A DNA stretch of 64,000 bases from the IMG/VR virus record IMGVR_UViG_3300037423_000584; one strand, written 5' to 3'. Positions 1 through 10,852 of the stretch are shown in pieces. Source of the DNA: a virus. Within the stretch, counting starts at the first letter, position 1. Each line of letters opens with the position of its first letter. The translations under genes were made by a program, and so were the position numbers. Below the pieces are notes generated by a model that worked only from the letters and a program-made list of their open reading frames with translations, searched no databases and was not told the origin of the DNA.

Positions 1-331
1 TATGTATTGCTGTAGCAAATGCAGAAGATGGCTGTATCGAAGCGGTTCCAAGTCCAAGATTTATACGAGCAGTAGATGCATCTGTAATATCTGAAAGATT
101 TGCAGATTTATCTAACTTGCTATTGATAGAAGTATCTAAACCAGAAATATCAGATGTTGTTAAAACAACTGTTGGTCCTGTTTGACCATTGATAGAAGTT
201 ATTCCACCAGTCTGTTCTATAAGTTTAAATTTGTCAGTATTAGAATCATATGAAATAACATAACCATCTGTTAAACTTCCTGCGAAGTCTAGCATTTGTC
301 GTATTTTTTTAATTACTCTTATAGCAGCCAT
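1..331 (-). CDS. Virion fibre-like protein, N-terminal part (runs off window)
   Basis: Manual translation MAAIRVIKKIRQML...SINGQTGPTVVLTTSDI...NLSDITDASTARINLGLG; SxNGxTG and NLSD..AR.NLGLG motifs are typical of phage fibre proteins; lies downstream of the head module. Confidence 0.6.
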   Translation of the reverse strand, partial: MAAIRVIKKIRQMLDFAGSLTDGYVISYDSNTDKFKLIEQTGGITSINGQTGPTVVLTTSDISGLDTSINSKLDKSANLSDITDASTARINLGLGTASIQPSSAFATAIH

Positions 332-352
332 TTTTATTTGTCCTATTTATAA

Positions 353-2314
353 TTATCCATAAATGGTGCCATTGTATACTAATCCATTTGACTTAGGAAT
401 ATATTCACTTACTGGACCAATACTTGGATTATTTATATTCATATCTTTACCTTCGATGTCCCAATGTAGCGTACATCCAAAAGGACTTGGTGTTCCTGCT
501 CTATACAGTTGATCATTATTCGTAGGAGAAGATTTAATATCTGGAATTCTTATTAATGATACTGCCGATAGATCACTAGAATATCCGGCACTTCCATATG
601 TTTTTTGGAAATTTACATATGCATTTGATTTGTTATATAAAGATGAATTTGCATCGTTATCTATAACATGACTTGGTATATTTCCAGGCCAAGCTAGTGT
701 TACTGGCTGAGTTACAGAAAATATATTATTAGCAGCAGACCAATTTCCTACGGCAGCTTTATTAAAATTACCCTCGATTCTAGCAGAATATCCATTCATA
801 GTAAAATGAATATGATTGTGCAATAACATTACTTTTTCACCGCCGTTGGCGGCTGCTAATAAATATACGTCACCATTTGCAGAACTTCCATCAATACTAA
901 TAATGTTGCCTATTACATAGGCGTATGCAGTATGCCCTATGTTGGAAATAGCTGATCCATTAGTTCGATCAGTTACTTTTAAATCATATCTATTAAACGC
1001 TGCAATTTGATTCTTTTGACCAAATGGAAGAGAGGTTGTACTAGAAGTTGGAAACGCACTAGAGATGAACTGATTCCCTACAACAAATGTTCTACAAGAC
1101 TCAATTCTCTCTTTATGGGTGCTACCACTTATAGTAGATGTATTTTCATACAAGTTACCATACGCACATCCATATATTCCCGCATCTAAAGTCGTATTTT
1201 TATACGACACTACTAATCCTAAATCATTCCCATTACTGTGTCCATAGAAATCATATCCTGAAGACACCCAACTATCACCTACTGGTAATGCACCAAATCT
1301 AGCTGTATTTCTATGATACAAAGTTTCATGACCACCATTTCCTTGGAAAGATACATAAACAGTTTGGCCTGTGTTTATGGCAAGTCCGGCGTCACATTCT
1401 GCCACTGTAAACGTAGCTCCACTACCACTTCCTCCCGCCATACCTATCATGTGCCATGACCCGAAATACGCTTTACACCTATACACCACGCAAGCAGTAT
1501 CGGTGCCGGGTTCTATGTAAATAGGATACGGTGGCGATCCACCATAGTTTTGAATGATTGAGTATCCATCGACTCGTATATTTTCTATTCTACAACCAGT
1601 GGCACCATTCACATGAATGCCAGCTATTAAAGTAGTATCCGCTGGTCTAGCATCACATGCTTCATATGCAGTTCCATTTGGATTAGCCTGCGTATTGATA
1701 TACAACCTACTAGTTCCAGAGTCCCAAAAAAATCCCGGCTTAGTTGCCGATCTCAGGTTAGCCAAAGTAGTATATCTATGGAAGATAACACATTTTGGGT
1801 GTCCATACATTGGCACCCACCCAGAATTCCTGACCCATCCGATAAAGGTTGTTTCTGATACATAATAAGTAGTTCCAGTGTCAAGCGTCCAAACCGTACT
1901 AGTTGGATACAGTTTGTAAAATCTAGAGATCACTGGATCGTTTACAGTGTAATTTTCAACAGAGATATTGGGATCACTCCAAGCACCAATGGTTACATTG
2001 TTCTTAGTTATCTCAAGATTTACATTATTTGATCCGTCGTACAGCCACGTATCTCCTCGTCTAAATAACAATGCAATATTTGCATTGGACGGTGCAGCAT
2101 TTAAAATAGTCTGTGCAGCAGAAAGAGTTTTCTTTGGAGAACCGGTACTTAATCCATTATTTGCATCATTTCCATTTTGTGCAAAATAATAAGTTGTACC
2201 TCTAGCAGATGGACATTCTGATAAACGATAATTAAGTAATTTATTGTGCCAATCTAACCAAGATTTGCTCAATATAGATGGAGGATTTCCTACTACAGAC
2301 GAATATGATGCCAT
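353..2314 (-). CDS. Beta-helix (pectin-lyase-like) virion-associated protein
   Basis: 653 aa, Gly/Asn/Ser/Thr-rich; YYFAQNGNDANNGLS..SPKKT and LFRRGDTW motifs typical of right-handed beta-helix proteins. Confidence 0.6.
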   Translation of the reverse strand: MASYSSVVGNPPSILSKSWLDWHNKLLNYRLSECPSARGTTYYFAQNGNDANNGLSTGSPKKTLSAAQTILNAAPSNANIALLFRRGDTWLYDGSNNVNLEITKNNVTIGAWSDPNISVENYTVNDPVISRFYKLYPTSTVWTLDTGTTYYVSETTFIGWVRNSGWVPMYGHPKCVIFHRYTTLANLRSATKPGFFWDSGTSRLYINTQANPNGTAYEACDARPADTTLIAGIHVNGATGCRIENIRVDGYSIIQNYGGSPPYPIYIEPGTDTACVVYRCKAYFGSWHMIGMAGGSGSGATFTVAECDAGLAINTGQTVYVSFQGNGGHETLYHRNTARFGALPVGDSWVSSGYDFYGHSNGNDLGLVVSYKNTTLDAGIYGCAYGNLYENTSTISGSTHKERIESCRTFVVGNQFISSAFPTSSTTSLPFGQKNQIAAFNRYDLKVTDRTNGSAISNIGHTAYAYVIGNIISIDGSSANGDVYLLAAANGGEKVMLLHNHIHFTMNGYSARIEGNFNKAAVGNWSAANNIFSVTQPVTLAWPGNIPSHVIDNDANSSLYNKSNAYVNFQKTYGSAGYSSDLSAVSLIRIPDIKSSPTNNDQLYRAGTPSPFGCTLHWDIEGKDMNINNPSIGPVSEYIPKSNGLVYNGTIYG

Positions 2315-2342
2315 ATTATACCTTCTTAATTATTTAATTATA

Positions 2343-2636
2343 TTAAAGAATAGTCTTTTCTACTACTCCCCAATCGGCTGTAGCAGTTCCAGAATCGCCC
2401 TTGGCAAATACTCTGGTGATTCCATTATAATTCAATTGAAATATCTGTGATCCACCTGGATATATTGGAAAATATTCATTTAAAGAATGAAGACCTGATA
2501 TATTTACCAAAAGTGTAACAGAACTAGATGGATTACAAGCAACCATTATTTTTGTACACTTTCCTCCGTCTGTAGATGAATCAAATATATATGTTCCGCT
2601 TGAAGAAATTGTTTGATTATATCCAGCAGTTGCCAT
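2343..2636 (-). CDS. Small putative virion protein
   Basis: 97 aa ORF with GGAAAGG ribosome binding site, in the structural cluster. Confidence 0.5.
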   Translation of the reverse strand: MATAGYNQTISSSGTYIFDSSTDGGKCTKIMVACNPSSSVTLLVNISGLHSLNEYFPIYPGGSQIFQLNYNGITRVFAKGDSGTATADWGVVEKTIL

Positions 2637-2715
2637 TTTATACCTTTCCTAAATATTATTGTATTAGATATAATAGTATACAATCTATATATATTATAAC
2701 TATGGTTTACTAAAT

Positions 2716-2745
2716 AAAAAATCCCATACATAGTGTATGGGATTT
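2716..2745 (-). terminator. Intrinsic terminator after the major capsid gene
   Basis: AAATCCCATACA/TGTATGGGATTT hairpin followed by a T-run on the minus strand. Confidence 0.7.
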
Positions 2746-2776
2746 AATATTTTTTAATTTATTATTTACTAATAAA

Positions 2777-3799
2777 TTATAGAGAACCAAGGAGTAGACG
2801 GCTGTTATTGAGACATGCGAAACCTGCACTCATCCAAGCATAGTAGCTGGAACGACGATCACGATGTACGGTTTCATCTTCGAAAACAGCAAGCTTCTCA
2901 CGAACAGGCATTACGAAAGCATCTTGCTTAGAAAGATCAAGACCGACAACAAGCTCAACGTCACCAGATGCCATACCGTTGTTTGCAGCACCAGCGGCGA
3001 TCACATTTTGGTAGTAATCTTGATACTCTTGACCTTCGCCAAGTTCATCGAGATCAACAAGGTTGATACCATAAATGTTATTGATCTTGCCATCTTCTGC
3101 GGTATAGATTTCACGCCGGGTTAGATTATCAACCTGATCAATACCCCAGTTACGGATATCTTCCATAGCTTCTGGAGAGATGAAAAGGTGAGTAAGCTTA
3201 CCACGATTGATGCTAGTGCTGTTACCACCAGAGTTACGCCGCATAACAAGTTTCATTAGAGAAACAAGACGCTTAGTAAACTGACCAGCGGTTGCATTAG
3301 AGTCGCTGACAACGATATTGCGATCATAACCAGCAGCAAGTAGTGTATGCCAACCATCGTCATTAAGCTTCTTAACGAAGCCAGCCTCAAGAACTTCAAG
3401 AGCACGGGAGACGATATTCCACCGAGCCTCGCGAGCATAACGGAGCAAGAAGTCAATACCAGCACCGATGTCGTAAGTGGGAACGGTTACATAATCGCCT
3501 TCAACGAGCCGTTGAGGAATCTTACCCTGATTTGGGATGGTGTATGCAACGAACTCACCAGCGTTATCAGGACGATAGAAATCGATAGGATACTCAATAC
3601 GAGCGGCTGGATCAAACTCTTCGGGAGCGAAAATGCCAGTAATTATATTACCGGTAAGTACACCTTGACGAAGTGGAGTTTGAAGTGCTGCGGCAAAAAG
3701 CTTCTGAGCAGCAATTGCCTCATCCTTATTAGCAGAACCAGTCTGCTTAAGTAGATTTGTAATATCGGCCTTTTCATTTTCTTTAAGATCTTCGAACAT
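2777..3799 (-). CDS. Major capsid protein (HK97-fold inferred)
   Basis: 340 aa; follows protease/scaffold and decoration genes; AGGAG RBS; codon bias of a highly expressed gene; followed by a terminator. Confidence 0.8.
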   Translation of the reverse strand: MFEDLKENEKADITNLLKQTGSANKDEAIAAQKLFAAALQTPLRQGVLTGNIITGIFAPEEFDPAARIEYPIDFYRPDNAGEFVAYTIPNQGKIPQRLVEGDYVTVPTYDIGAGIDFLLRYAREARWNIVSRALEVLEAGFVKKLNDDGWHTLLAAGYDRNIVVSDSNATAGQFTKRLVSLMKLVMRRNSGGNSTSINRGKLTHLFISPEAMEDIRNWGIDQVDNLTRREIYTAEDGKINNIYGINLVDLDELGEGQEYQDYYQNVIAAGAANNGMASGDVELVVGLDLSKQDAFVMPVREKLAVFEDETVHRDRRSSYYAWMSAGFACLNNSRLLLGSL

Positions 3800-3852
3800 A
3801 ATCGTCTCCTTAAATTATTTGTTATTTAATAATTATAAACTATCTCAATTTA

Positions 3853-4320
3853 TTACAGATCAACGTATAGACGGGCAAAGCCATTCTGATCTTTCTTAGA
3901 ACGGAAACGACCAACCTTGGGATTAGCAGCTTCGTTCCAAGCAGCACCAGGAGCAACGGCGGCAACAGTTCCGCTAGAGCTTAGGATTGCATGATCTTGT
4001 GCATTTGGGGTTCCGGTAATCTTATCGGTAACAACCCAACCCTTGGTCATAAGAGTAACCTTAGAACCAACGTTTACCTGATCTTTGTGCCAGTTAACAG
4101 GGAACCGGGTAAGATCTACGTTGACAACTTCATTAAGAAGAAGTCCAACGGGCTTGTTACCAGAAGAGTTTGCAGCAATGGTTACTAGGTTTGCAGAGTT
4201 ATCAAGAGAAACTCCGCTACCAGCAGTGCTAACAGAAGCAATTACGCCCTTGGAAGCAGTCTCATTGATGTAATAACCAATTTCTGTTGATTCAACTTGT
4301 CTATCAGCTTTGATTGCCAT
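3853..4320 (-). CDS. Capsid decoration/cement protein
   Basis: 155 aa, beta-rich, between scaffold and capsid genes. Confidence 0.6.
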   Translation of the reverse strand: MAIKADRQVESTEIGYYINETASKGVIASVSTAGSGVSLDNSANLVTIAANSSGNKPVGLLLNEVVNVDLTRFPVNWHKDQVNVGSKVTLMTKGWVVTDKITGTPNAQDHAILSSSGTVAAVAPGAAWNEAANPKVGRFRSKKDQNGFARLYVDL

Positions 4321-4373
4321 TTGTATCTCCTTATAAATTCTATCATTAATTATATACAGATAATTTTATTTAT

Positions 4374-5849
4374 TTACTTTTTTCTTTTTGGAAGATTTAT
4401 TTTTTGATTACGATTGGCTCGAATTGTCTCTACGAGTTTAGCAGCAACAGTTTCGAGTTCTGCACCCTTGTTGGCATTTTCTCCTGCTGTATTCTCTGGG
4501 GATGCGATATTGTCAGATGCAGATGTATTTTCGAGAACCTTGGTGGCCTCCTCGGTTGACTCTTCTTTGGTGACTTGACCAGAAGGAGCAACAGAAGTTG
4601 CAAATTCAAGGACAGAAGCAAATGCTTCATCGCTCATGGCAAGAAGCTTAGTCTTCTTCTCGTCATTAAGTTCAATTTTGAGAGAAACGATCTTCTCTAG
4701 ACGAGCAGCATCTTTCTTCTCTTTCTCAAAAGCCTTGATAGCTTCATCCTTCTGTGCAAGAGAAGCCTCAATGGTCTTTACCTTCTCTTCGGAAGCGGCA
4801 AGTTGAGTTTGGAGTTCAGAAATCTTCTGTTCGGCAATCTGAGTCTTGGTTTCAGAAGCAGTGAGTCTGCTGGTAAGATCAGAATTAGAAGCGGTAAGAG
4901 TTTCTATTTTCTTATTAGACTCTTCTTGAGCAGCACTTGCTTTAAGACCTTCGATCTCAGACTTGAGAGAATCGATAACCGAATTTGCTTGTTCTAGTGT
5001 TTCAATTTTCATGACTGTTCCTTTAATAATATGTGAATAAACTTTTCTATCTGTACTATCTTCAAAATTTGCTTGTGATACTTCAATCTTATTTAGTTTG
5101 GTATATTCGCTTCCGGGATTTGCTGGAACATCTACGCTACCCATTCCAGTAAATCTAAATTTGCTCAAGGCCCGTCCGACTTTGTAATTATTGTATTTAC
5201 CAGATCCACCATATACTCTTAAATGTTTGGTTAAAAATGCTGTCTTTTCGTTTCTAGCAATTATCTTAACATCATTATTTACATCAACTAGAGCATAATC
5301 AAAGTTTTCTAATTTTGCTTCTACTGATACAAACTTTTGATTCTTTGGTGCTTTTTCTAGTATTTCAGATGCGATCTCGGGGAAAATGCTCTTATACATT
5401 ACGAAGTCAACTTCTACATCAAAGTATTCAGGATAAGTCCCGTCTGTATAAGCGTCTTCATCAATTATACTAGAATTTGAATCAAGTAGTCGATATCCAA
5501 TAATATGACCAATTATATTTGTTTCGATATGGTCATCATTATATGGATTATTTACTATTGTTCCCCGTGCGTCCCAAGTTGGCTTGGCTAGGAAAAGATC
5601 ATCATTTCTATTCATTAAAGTTGACATTAAGATAGCAGATCCATACATTAGATCAGGATGGCTATCATTGACAACTTGAGCAAGGACTTTGCCTATGTTG
5701 GCTTTGTCTTCTTGCTTCTTTAATTTCTCTAAACTATTTATAAGTAGATCTGATTTATCTTCGGTTATATTTATTGGTAGACAAACGCTTGCTGTTAAGT
5801 TAGCAAGTATTTTATCTTTAAGATCTTGTTCTTGTGAATAAATTTGCAT
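4374..5849 (-). CDS. Prohead protease-scaffold fusion
   Basis: N-terminal NRNDD..H..VSVE..V.VPANP pattern of head maturation proteases; C-terminal coiled coil; located between portal and capsid. Confidence 0.7.
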   Translation of the reverse strand: MQIYSQEQDLKDKILANLTASVCLPINITEDKSDLLINSLEKLKKQEDKANIGKVLAQVVNDSHPDLMYGSAILMSTLMNRNDDLFLAKPTWDARGTIVNNPYNDDHIETNIIGHIIGYRLLDSNSSIIDEDAYTDGTYPEYFDVEVDFVMYKSIFPEIASEILEKAPKNQKFVSVEAKLENFDYALVDVNNDVKIIARNEKTAFLTKHLRVYGGSGKYNNYKVGRALSKFRFTGMGSVDVPANPGSEYTKLNKIEVSQANFEDSTDRKVYSHIIKGTVMKIETLEQANSVIDSLKSEIEGLKASAAQEESNKKIETLTASNSDLTSRLTASETKTQIAEQKISELQTQLAASEEKVKTIEASLAQKDEAIKAFEKEKKDAARLEKIVSLKIELNDEKKTKLLAMSDEAFASVLEFATSVAPSGQVTKEESTEEATKVLENTSASDNIASPENTAGENANKGAELETVAAKLVETIRANRNQKINLPKRKK

Positions 5850-5918
5850 ATTTTTACCGAAGCTAGTATTTTATACATTAAAAAAACAAAATAAATTAAA
5901 TATTTTTAATTCATCGTG

Positions 5919-7865
5919 TTAAGAATAGTATTCAGACCAGCATAGTGCTTCTATTCTTTTACGTTGTGCCAAAGTTGGCATCTGACCATTTTTAGAAGCA
6001 AAAGCCTTAATTTCATCATCGATTTTATTAACTATTTCTTGATTTAAAGAGGAAGCATTTTCAGATATGGACAATATTCCATCTTCTGAAATATCATCTC
6101 CATACTTAACGCAAGATAAGACAATAGATCTTATTTTGTTAATTTCGTCTTTTTGTGATGCAGTAAGCTTTCTTGCATTTTGAATATTTTCTTGTTCCAT
6201 ATATAATGGAATTACATATTCATCAATAGAATCAACCGCATCCAATGCAAATAAATTAAGTTCTTTTCCAGAAACCTTTGGTTTTGGAGTTCTTTGATCT
6301 CTACCAACGTCCTTCGTAGCAACAGGACGACCCTCGCCGGCTTGTCCTTGTGAGGAATCAAAAGGACTCTTTACTTCTATTCCGGCTTTCTTGAAAATTG
6401 GACCCTGTTGTTTAATCTTTTCAATTTCGATAAAGAAGTCTTCTCCATAGGCTTCCAGAACGGCTTCTGCACTGATAATACCTCTATCGAGAAGTCCAAT
6501 GATGAGTTTCTTATTGACGTTTTCGTCTTGGAGTTCTAACTTGCTAAACTTAACCTTTGGCAAAGAAGGAAAATCCATTGCCTTACAAATTAGTCTAAGT
6601 TCTTCATCAAGCCATTCAGAAAGCTTCTTTCGGACAGATTGAAGTTTTTCAATCAAAGTTTTTAACTGAATAGAGCTATTGGAGAAATTAGCACCATCGC
6701 CACCAATTAGAACTTCTGGCACTCCAAGGCCAATAAGAATATCTCTATTTACTTGAACATATTTTTCAGAACCAAGAATCTTATCTACAGGAGGATAGAA
6801 TGGTTCCATGGAAATCATGGAATCCCAAACAATATCCATTGCACCGCCACCTGTATTAGCTTCAAGGATATTAATAAGCTTTTCTACAGCAGCATCGTCT
6901 GGCAAAATTCCTTCTTTGTGGTCGCCAATCTTCCAAAGTCTTATAACGTTGATAACTCCATCAAGTGCAGATATTTCTGCTTGACGAAGCTTTTCTCTGA
7001 AATTAATATCGGATAAAACAGAAACCAAGAAAGGAGGTGCCCAATCATCCCAACTATCCTTTTTATTATGAGCAACATAAATTTTGCTCATATCGAGAAA
7101 CATCTTTCCTGAACTGTCAGAAGCGATTTTCTCTCTAATATCTTGTGGAAGACTATCTACTATTTTCTTATCAAAATCTTCTGTTGGATTCTTTATTTTG
7201 TTTATTAAAGTTTGGGATAGATTGAATGACAAGATCTTTTGTCCTGCCATTTTAGCTAGTTCCCCTCCAACCCAATCAAGAGCACAAAGGTTAAGAAATG
7301 AATAACGCATAGGAATCTCTCTAGATTCTACGTCATCATTTTCTTTATATACCTTTATATCTACTGAACTTGTAACTTTATCAAGCCATTGGTTTTCAAC
7401 TGGTTTATTTAATTTCCCAGTTATTCTCTTGACAACAACATTTCCATCAATTAAAAAGTGACGAGCAAATTCATTAGCAATATCATTAAGACAAACCTTC
7501 TTGGCCCAGACATTGAAAAATGCCTCGATCTTCCGATCAGGATGGACAATACGCATCTCTTCGCAGGCGAAGTCAGTCATCATATCCATGACGTTTCTTA
7601 CTACACCAACTTTGAGATAGGCATGTCTACAAGCATTAACTATGTGCTTGAATTGACGTGGAATTCTTTCATTTGGTCTAAAATAGTCGTAAGTCTCTCT
7701 GCTATAAGGCATTCTGACACTTACATCAGGAACAATCTCAGTAAGAGAAGTAGAGGCTTTAACTATAGGATCTTGTTTGTCAAAAGTGCCAGTATAAGAT
7801 GCCAATATCTTTTCTCTATTGGTATCATCAAAAGAAATATATGCTGGTTTATTAGGTTTGCTCAT
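5919..7865 (-). CDS. Portal protein
   Basis: 648 aa directly after terminase; F..DGN and I..GLGVP..L..G..ANFS motifs typical of portals. Confidence 0.8.
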   Translation of the reverse strand: MSKPNKPAYISFDDTNREKILASYTGTFDKQDPIVKASTSLTEIVPDVSVRMPYSRETYDYFRPNERIPRQFKHIVNACRHAYLKVGVVRNVMDMMTDFACEEMRIVHPDRKIEAFFNVWAKKVCLNDIANEFARHFLIDGNVVVKRITGKLNKPVENQWLDKVTSSVDIKVYKENDDVESREIPMRYSFLNLCALDWVGGELAKMAGQKILSFNLSQTLINKIKNPTEDFDKKIVDSLPQDIREKIASDSSGKMFLDMSKIYVAHNKKDSWDDWAPPFLVSVLSDINFREKLRQAEISALDGVINVIRLWKIGDHKEGILPDDAAVEKLINILEANTGGGAMDIVWDSMISMEPFYPPVDKILGSEKYVQVNRDILIGLGVPEVLIGGDGANFSNSSIQLKTLIEKLQSVRKKLSEWLDEELRLICKAMDFPSLPKVKFSKLELQDENVNKKLIIGLLDRGIISAEAVLEAYGEDFFIEIEKIKQQGPIFKKAGIEVKSPFDSSQGQAGEGRPVATKDVGRDQRTPKPKVSGKELNLFALDAVDSIDEYVIPLYMEQENIQNARKLTASQKDEINKIRSIVLSCVKYGDDISEDGILSISENASSLNQEIVNKIDDEIKAFASKNGQMPTLAQRKRIEALCWSEYYS

Positions 7866-7918
7866 AGTTAATCTAATTGTAATTAAATAGTAATCTGACT
7901 AGAATACTATACAATCAC

Positions 7919-10027
7919 TTATTGATTTCTTTTAATAAATCTAGCACCGTTATTTTTAATCCAATTTTTACCGTTAGCATCGAATTTAGCAAGTCCGTGA
8001 CCTCTATACATAGACCTATTTTCTCCTGCTTTAACTTTTCCTATTGTCTCTCTTGTTCCACCTACGGCTTTATATTGAACTTTAAAGACTGTGCTTTTAT
8101 CTTTGTTTCTAGAATAATAGTTGGCATATAATAATGCAGAATATCTATCTTTTCTTAGGTGTCCCTTCTTGCTTCCTTCTAATTTAATAGTAGGAGTATC
8201 GAAAGTTTCCTTACCAAGTGTAGAAGAAGGAGTAACAACGATTGTTGTCATTTCGTTCTTTAATTCCTCTATTTCTTCTACTAGATCTTCATAGGTATCG
8301 AATTTAATATTATTTACTTCATCTAGCTTAATGGCTTTTTCAAGTTCAATAGTATCAAACATTGGGAATAGAAGGATTTTATCTTGTAAATCCTTTAACA
8401 TTCCGTGGTTAGCTTCTGCGTTTATTTCTGCATTTGGTGCAATTAGTTCCAATATATGAATTCCTTCTTCTATATCGGAAGGTTTTGGTTTTTCAGGATC
8501 AACAATTTCATATACAGGAAATTCGCCTTCTTCACAGGTATATTGACTTGCCAAAGCTTCTGCGATTGCAGTACCGCCACCGTTTTTATCCATCATAATA
8601 CGTTCTATATTAAAAGTACGCATTAGTCCACGAATCTTTTTAGCAATATATTTATAATAGTCATCTTCTAAAGCTATACCAAGTTGTTTCATATATGCTT
8701 TAAAAGCATTGTATTTCTTTCTATTTGTAGTCCAGCAATTTACAACTCTTCTGTGATCTTGATATAGTTCAAGCAAAACTATGGCAGCATTGTCTTGATC
8801 TGCTGCGGGGTCTACGCCCATGATATAAATTCTTTCAGCATCACCAGTTCTGGAAGCAGAGAATTGGACATTACGACCTGATTGAGTCATAATCGGCTTA
8901 TTCGTAGTAGCAGCTTCAATGATTGATCTCTTGTAGAATCCATCGCTGTCTGCTTGAAATATGCCACAATATTCCATCAAGAATTGACCAGTATGTAGAT
9001 TTGCTTTGGCCTGTGATACTATACCTGCGTCAAGATATCCTTCTGGCAAATAAGTATATGGAATTCTTAAAATCGCATAATCTTTCCAATCAAAACCTTC
9101 AATTTCTGATTTATCTTCATTTGCAAATACAGTTGATAGCTTTTTCATTTCTCCTTTTGAAGATATAATAGTATGCCATTTCTTGAATTGAATATAAAAA
9201 TGGTTAAAAGCATAATATGCTGTTCCACTATAAACTATCTGGTTTCCTTTAATACCTGCCTTTGTTAAAGCTTTAATTTCATCGCTCCATTCTCCAAGAG
9301 CTTTGAGCTTCTTGTTAATCATAGCTTTCTTAACTTTTTCAACAGGAGAAGAAGATACGACACCGAAACCTTGAACTACTGTGGCAAAGATTTCTTGAGG
9401 AATAGATGCATATTCGTCGCAAAGGATGTAGTTTGCACGCATACCTCTGATCTTAGAACCATCGCCAAGAGGAATTGCAGTAAATAAACTATCTCCAATT
9501 CTTAATTCTACTCTGTCTACTTCTCTTCTTGGACCACCATTCTTTCCTCCAATATCTTTTAGGATAGGAGATTTTTCCCAAATATTTATGGCATAATCCA
9601 TTACTGCTCTAGATTGTCTAAATGCAGCACCGACGATGACAATCTTGCAACCGGGATGGAATATCATTCTCAGAAGTGCATATACTGCAAGAATAAAACT
9701 CTTGCCAGCACCGCGAGAAGCTATCAACATTGGGAATCTCTTATTCCACAATGTTTCTAATATAACTACTTGGAATGGAAGAAGATCTACTCCTAAAAGA
9801 ACTTTAGCAGCAAAGTGAAGATATTCTTGATTCATCAATGTCTGAACCATATCTTCAACAGGATCTTCTGGTGGTCTATCTAATGGATAATCAAGAAGTG
9901 GATTAAAAACATCTGATGGGATTTCTCCCAATTCCAGATATTCTATGTTTTCGGGTTTATTTAATTCCGAAAGACCATCTAGTAAATCTATATTACTTGC
10001 CATTTTCAGCCCTTGCAACTGCTTCAA
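7919..10027 (-). CDS. terL: Terminase large subunit
   Basis: Walker A ASRGAGKS, Walker B YILCDE, RNase H-like nuclease motif IMGVDPA, C-terminal KDRYSAL. Confidence 0.92.
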   Translation of the reverse strand: MKQLQGLKMASNIDLLDGLSELNKPENIEYLELGEIPSDVFNPLLDYPLDRPPEDPVEDMVQTLMNQEYLHFAAKVLLGVDLLPFQVVILETLWNKRFPMLIASRGAGKSFILAVYALLRMIFHPGCKIVIVGAAFRQSRAVMDYAINIWEKSPILKDIGGKNGGPRREVDRVELRIGDSLFTAIPLGDGSKIRGMRANYILCDEYASIPQEIFATVVQGFGVVSSSPVEKVKKAMINKKLKALGEWSDEIKALTKAGIKGNQIVYSGTAYYAFNHFYIQFKKWHTIISSKGEMKKLSTVFANEDKSEIEGFDWKDYAILRIPYTYLPEGYLDAGIVSQAKANLHTGQFLMEYCGIFQADSDGFYKRSIIEAATTNKPIMTQSGRNVQFSASRTGDAERIYIMGVDPAADQDNAAIVLLELYQDHRRVVNCWTTNRKKYNAFKAYMKQLGIALEDDYYKYIAKKIRGLMRTFNIERIMMDKNGGGTAIAEALASQYTCEEGEFPVYEIVDPEKPKPSDIEEGIHILELIAPNAEINAEANHGMLKDLQDKILLFPMFDTIELEKAIKLDEVNNIKFDTYEDLVEEIEELKNEMTTIVVTPSSTLGKETFDTPTIKLEGSKKGHLRKDRYSALLYANYYSRNKDKSTVFKVQYKAVGGTRETIGKVKAGENRSMYRGHGLAKFDANGKNWIKNNGARFIKRNQ

Positions 10028-10475
10028 AAATAGTTCGTGCTAATCTTTTTCCACATGGTCCTGCATACTTAACACTAATTCCATACTCTACTTCTAATTC
10101 CTCTAGCCACTTCATTACGGTATTACATGGCAATCCTGTTTGAACTTGAGGAGGAGCCATTCCTAAAAGATCATCAGAAAGAGACGACTCAACAATAATA
10201 TATTTATATTTGATATGACGAAGCTTTTCCATTTCTCTTTCGAATCGTTCTCTATTCGCAACTGGACTATAGTTACCAAATAGTTCTCTAAAGCCCATCT
10301 TACGTTCGATTCGGATAATATCCTCGTATCCTTTTAATGAATAATCTCCTGCTTCAAGTGTTCCTACTTCTGTTCCTAATACTTGTATTTTTCCTGCGAC
10401 CTTTTCTTCTGGATGAAAATCCCATCCTTTTTGTTCCCTTGTGTCGCGAATTACAGTCAGTGCTGGCAATCTCAT
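9993..10475 (-). CDS. ERCC4/XPF-family nuclease domain protein
   Basis: DTREQ, GDYS and IERK motifs. Confidence 0.85.
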   Translation of the reverse strand: MRLPALTVIRDTREQKGWDFHPEEKVAGKIQVLGTEVGTLEAGDYSLKGYEDIIRIERKMGFRELFGNYSPVANRERFEREMEKLRHIKYKYIIVESSLSDDLLGMAPPQVQTGLPCNTVMKWLEELEVEYGISVKYAGPCGKRLARTIFEAVARAENGK

Positions 10476-10478
10476 TAT

Positions 10479-10850
10479 TTACCACCTTAATCTTGGATTA
10501 GTCTTACGCCATTTTCTGTACGGATTTTGATTATCATCTTTTTTCTTTTGTTTTTCTCCGTACTTTTTAATTCCACGTTCGGTTTTCTTTTGTTCAACTA
10601 TCCGTCTAAATTCCTCTTCAAAACTTTCCTCTCGACCAGTTACTAAATTATGACAGTCTTCACAAAGAGTAACTCCGTTATTTACTATATAACGGAGGTC
10701 TGGTCTATCTGCCCATCGTTTGATATGATGTGCTTCGATCTTTTTACCCTTTAGTTTACATTTAACACAACAGAATTGATCTCTAGAGAATACATTGTAT
10801 CTCCATATCTTATATTCTGGCGTGTTCATTTCTGGTCTATTAGAAAACAT
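10479..10850 (-). CDS. HNH endonuclease
   Basis: RD..CC..C...HHI...NGVTLC..CH. Confidence 0.9.
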   Translation of the reverse strand: MFSNRPEMNTPEYKIWRYNVFSRDQFCCVKCKLKGKKIEAHHIKRWADRPDLRYIVNNGVTLCEDCHNLVTGREESFEEEFRRIVEQKKTERGIKKYGEKQKKKDDNQNPYRKWRKTNPRLRW

Positions 10851-10852
10851 TA

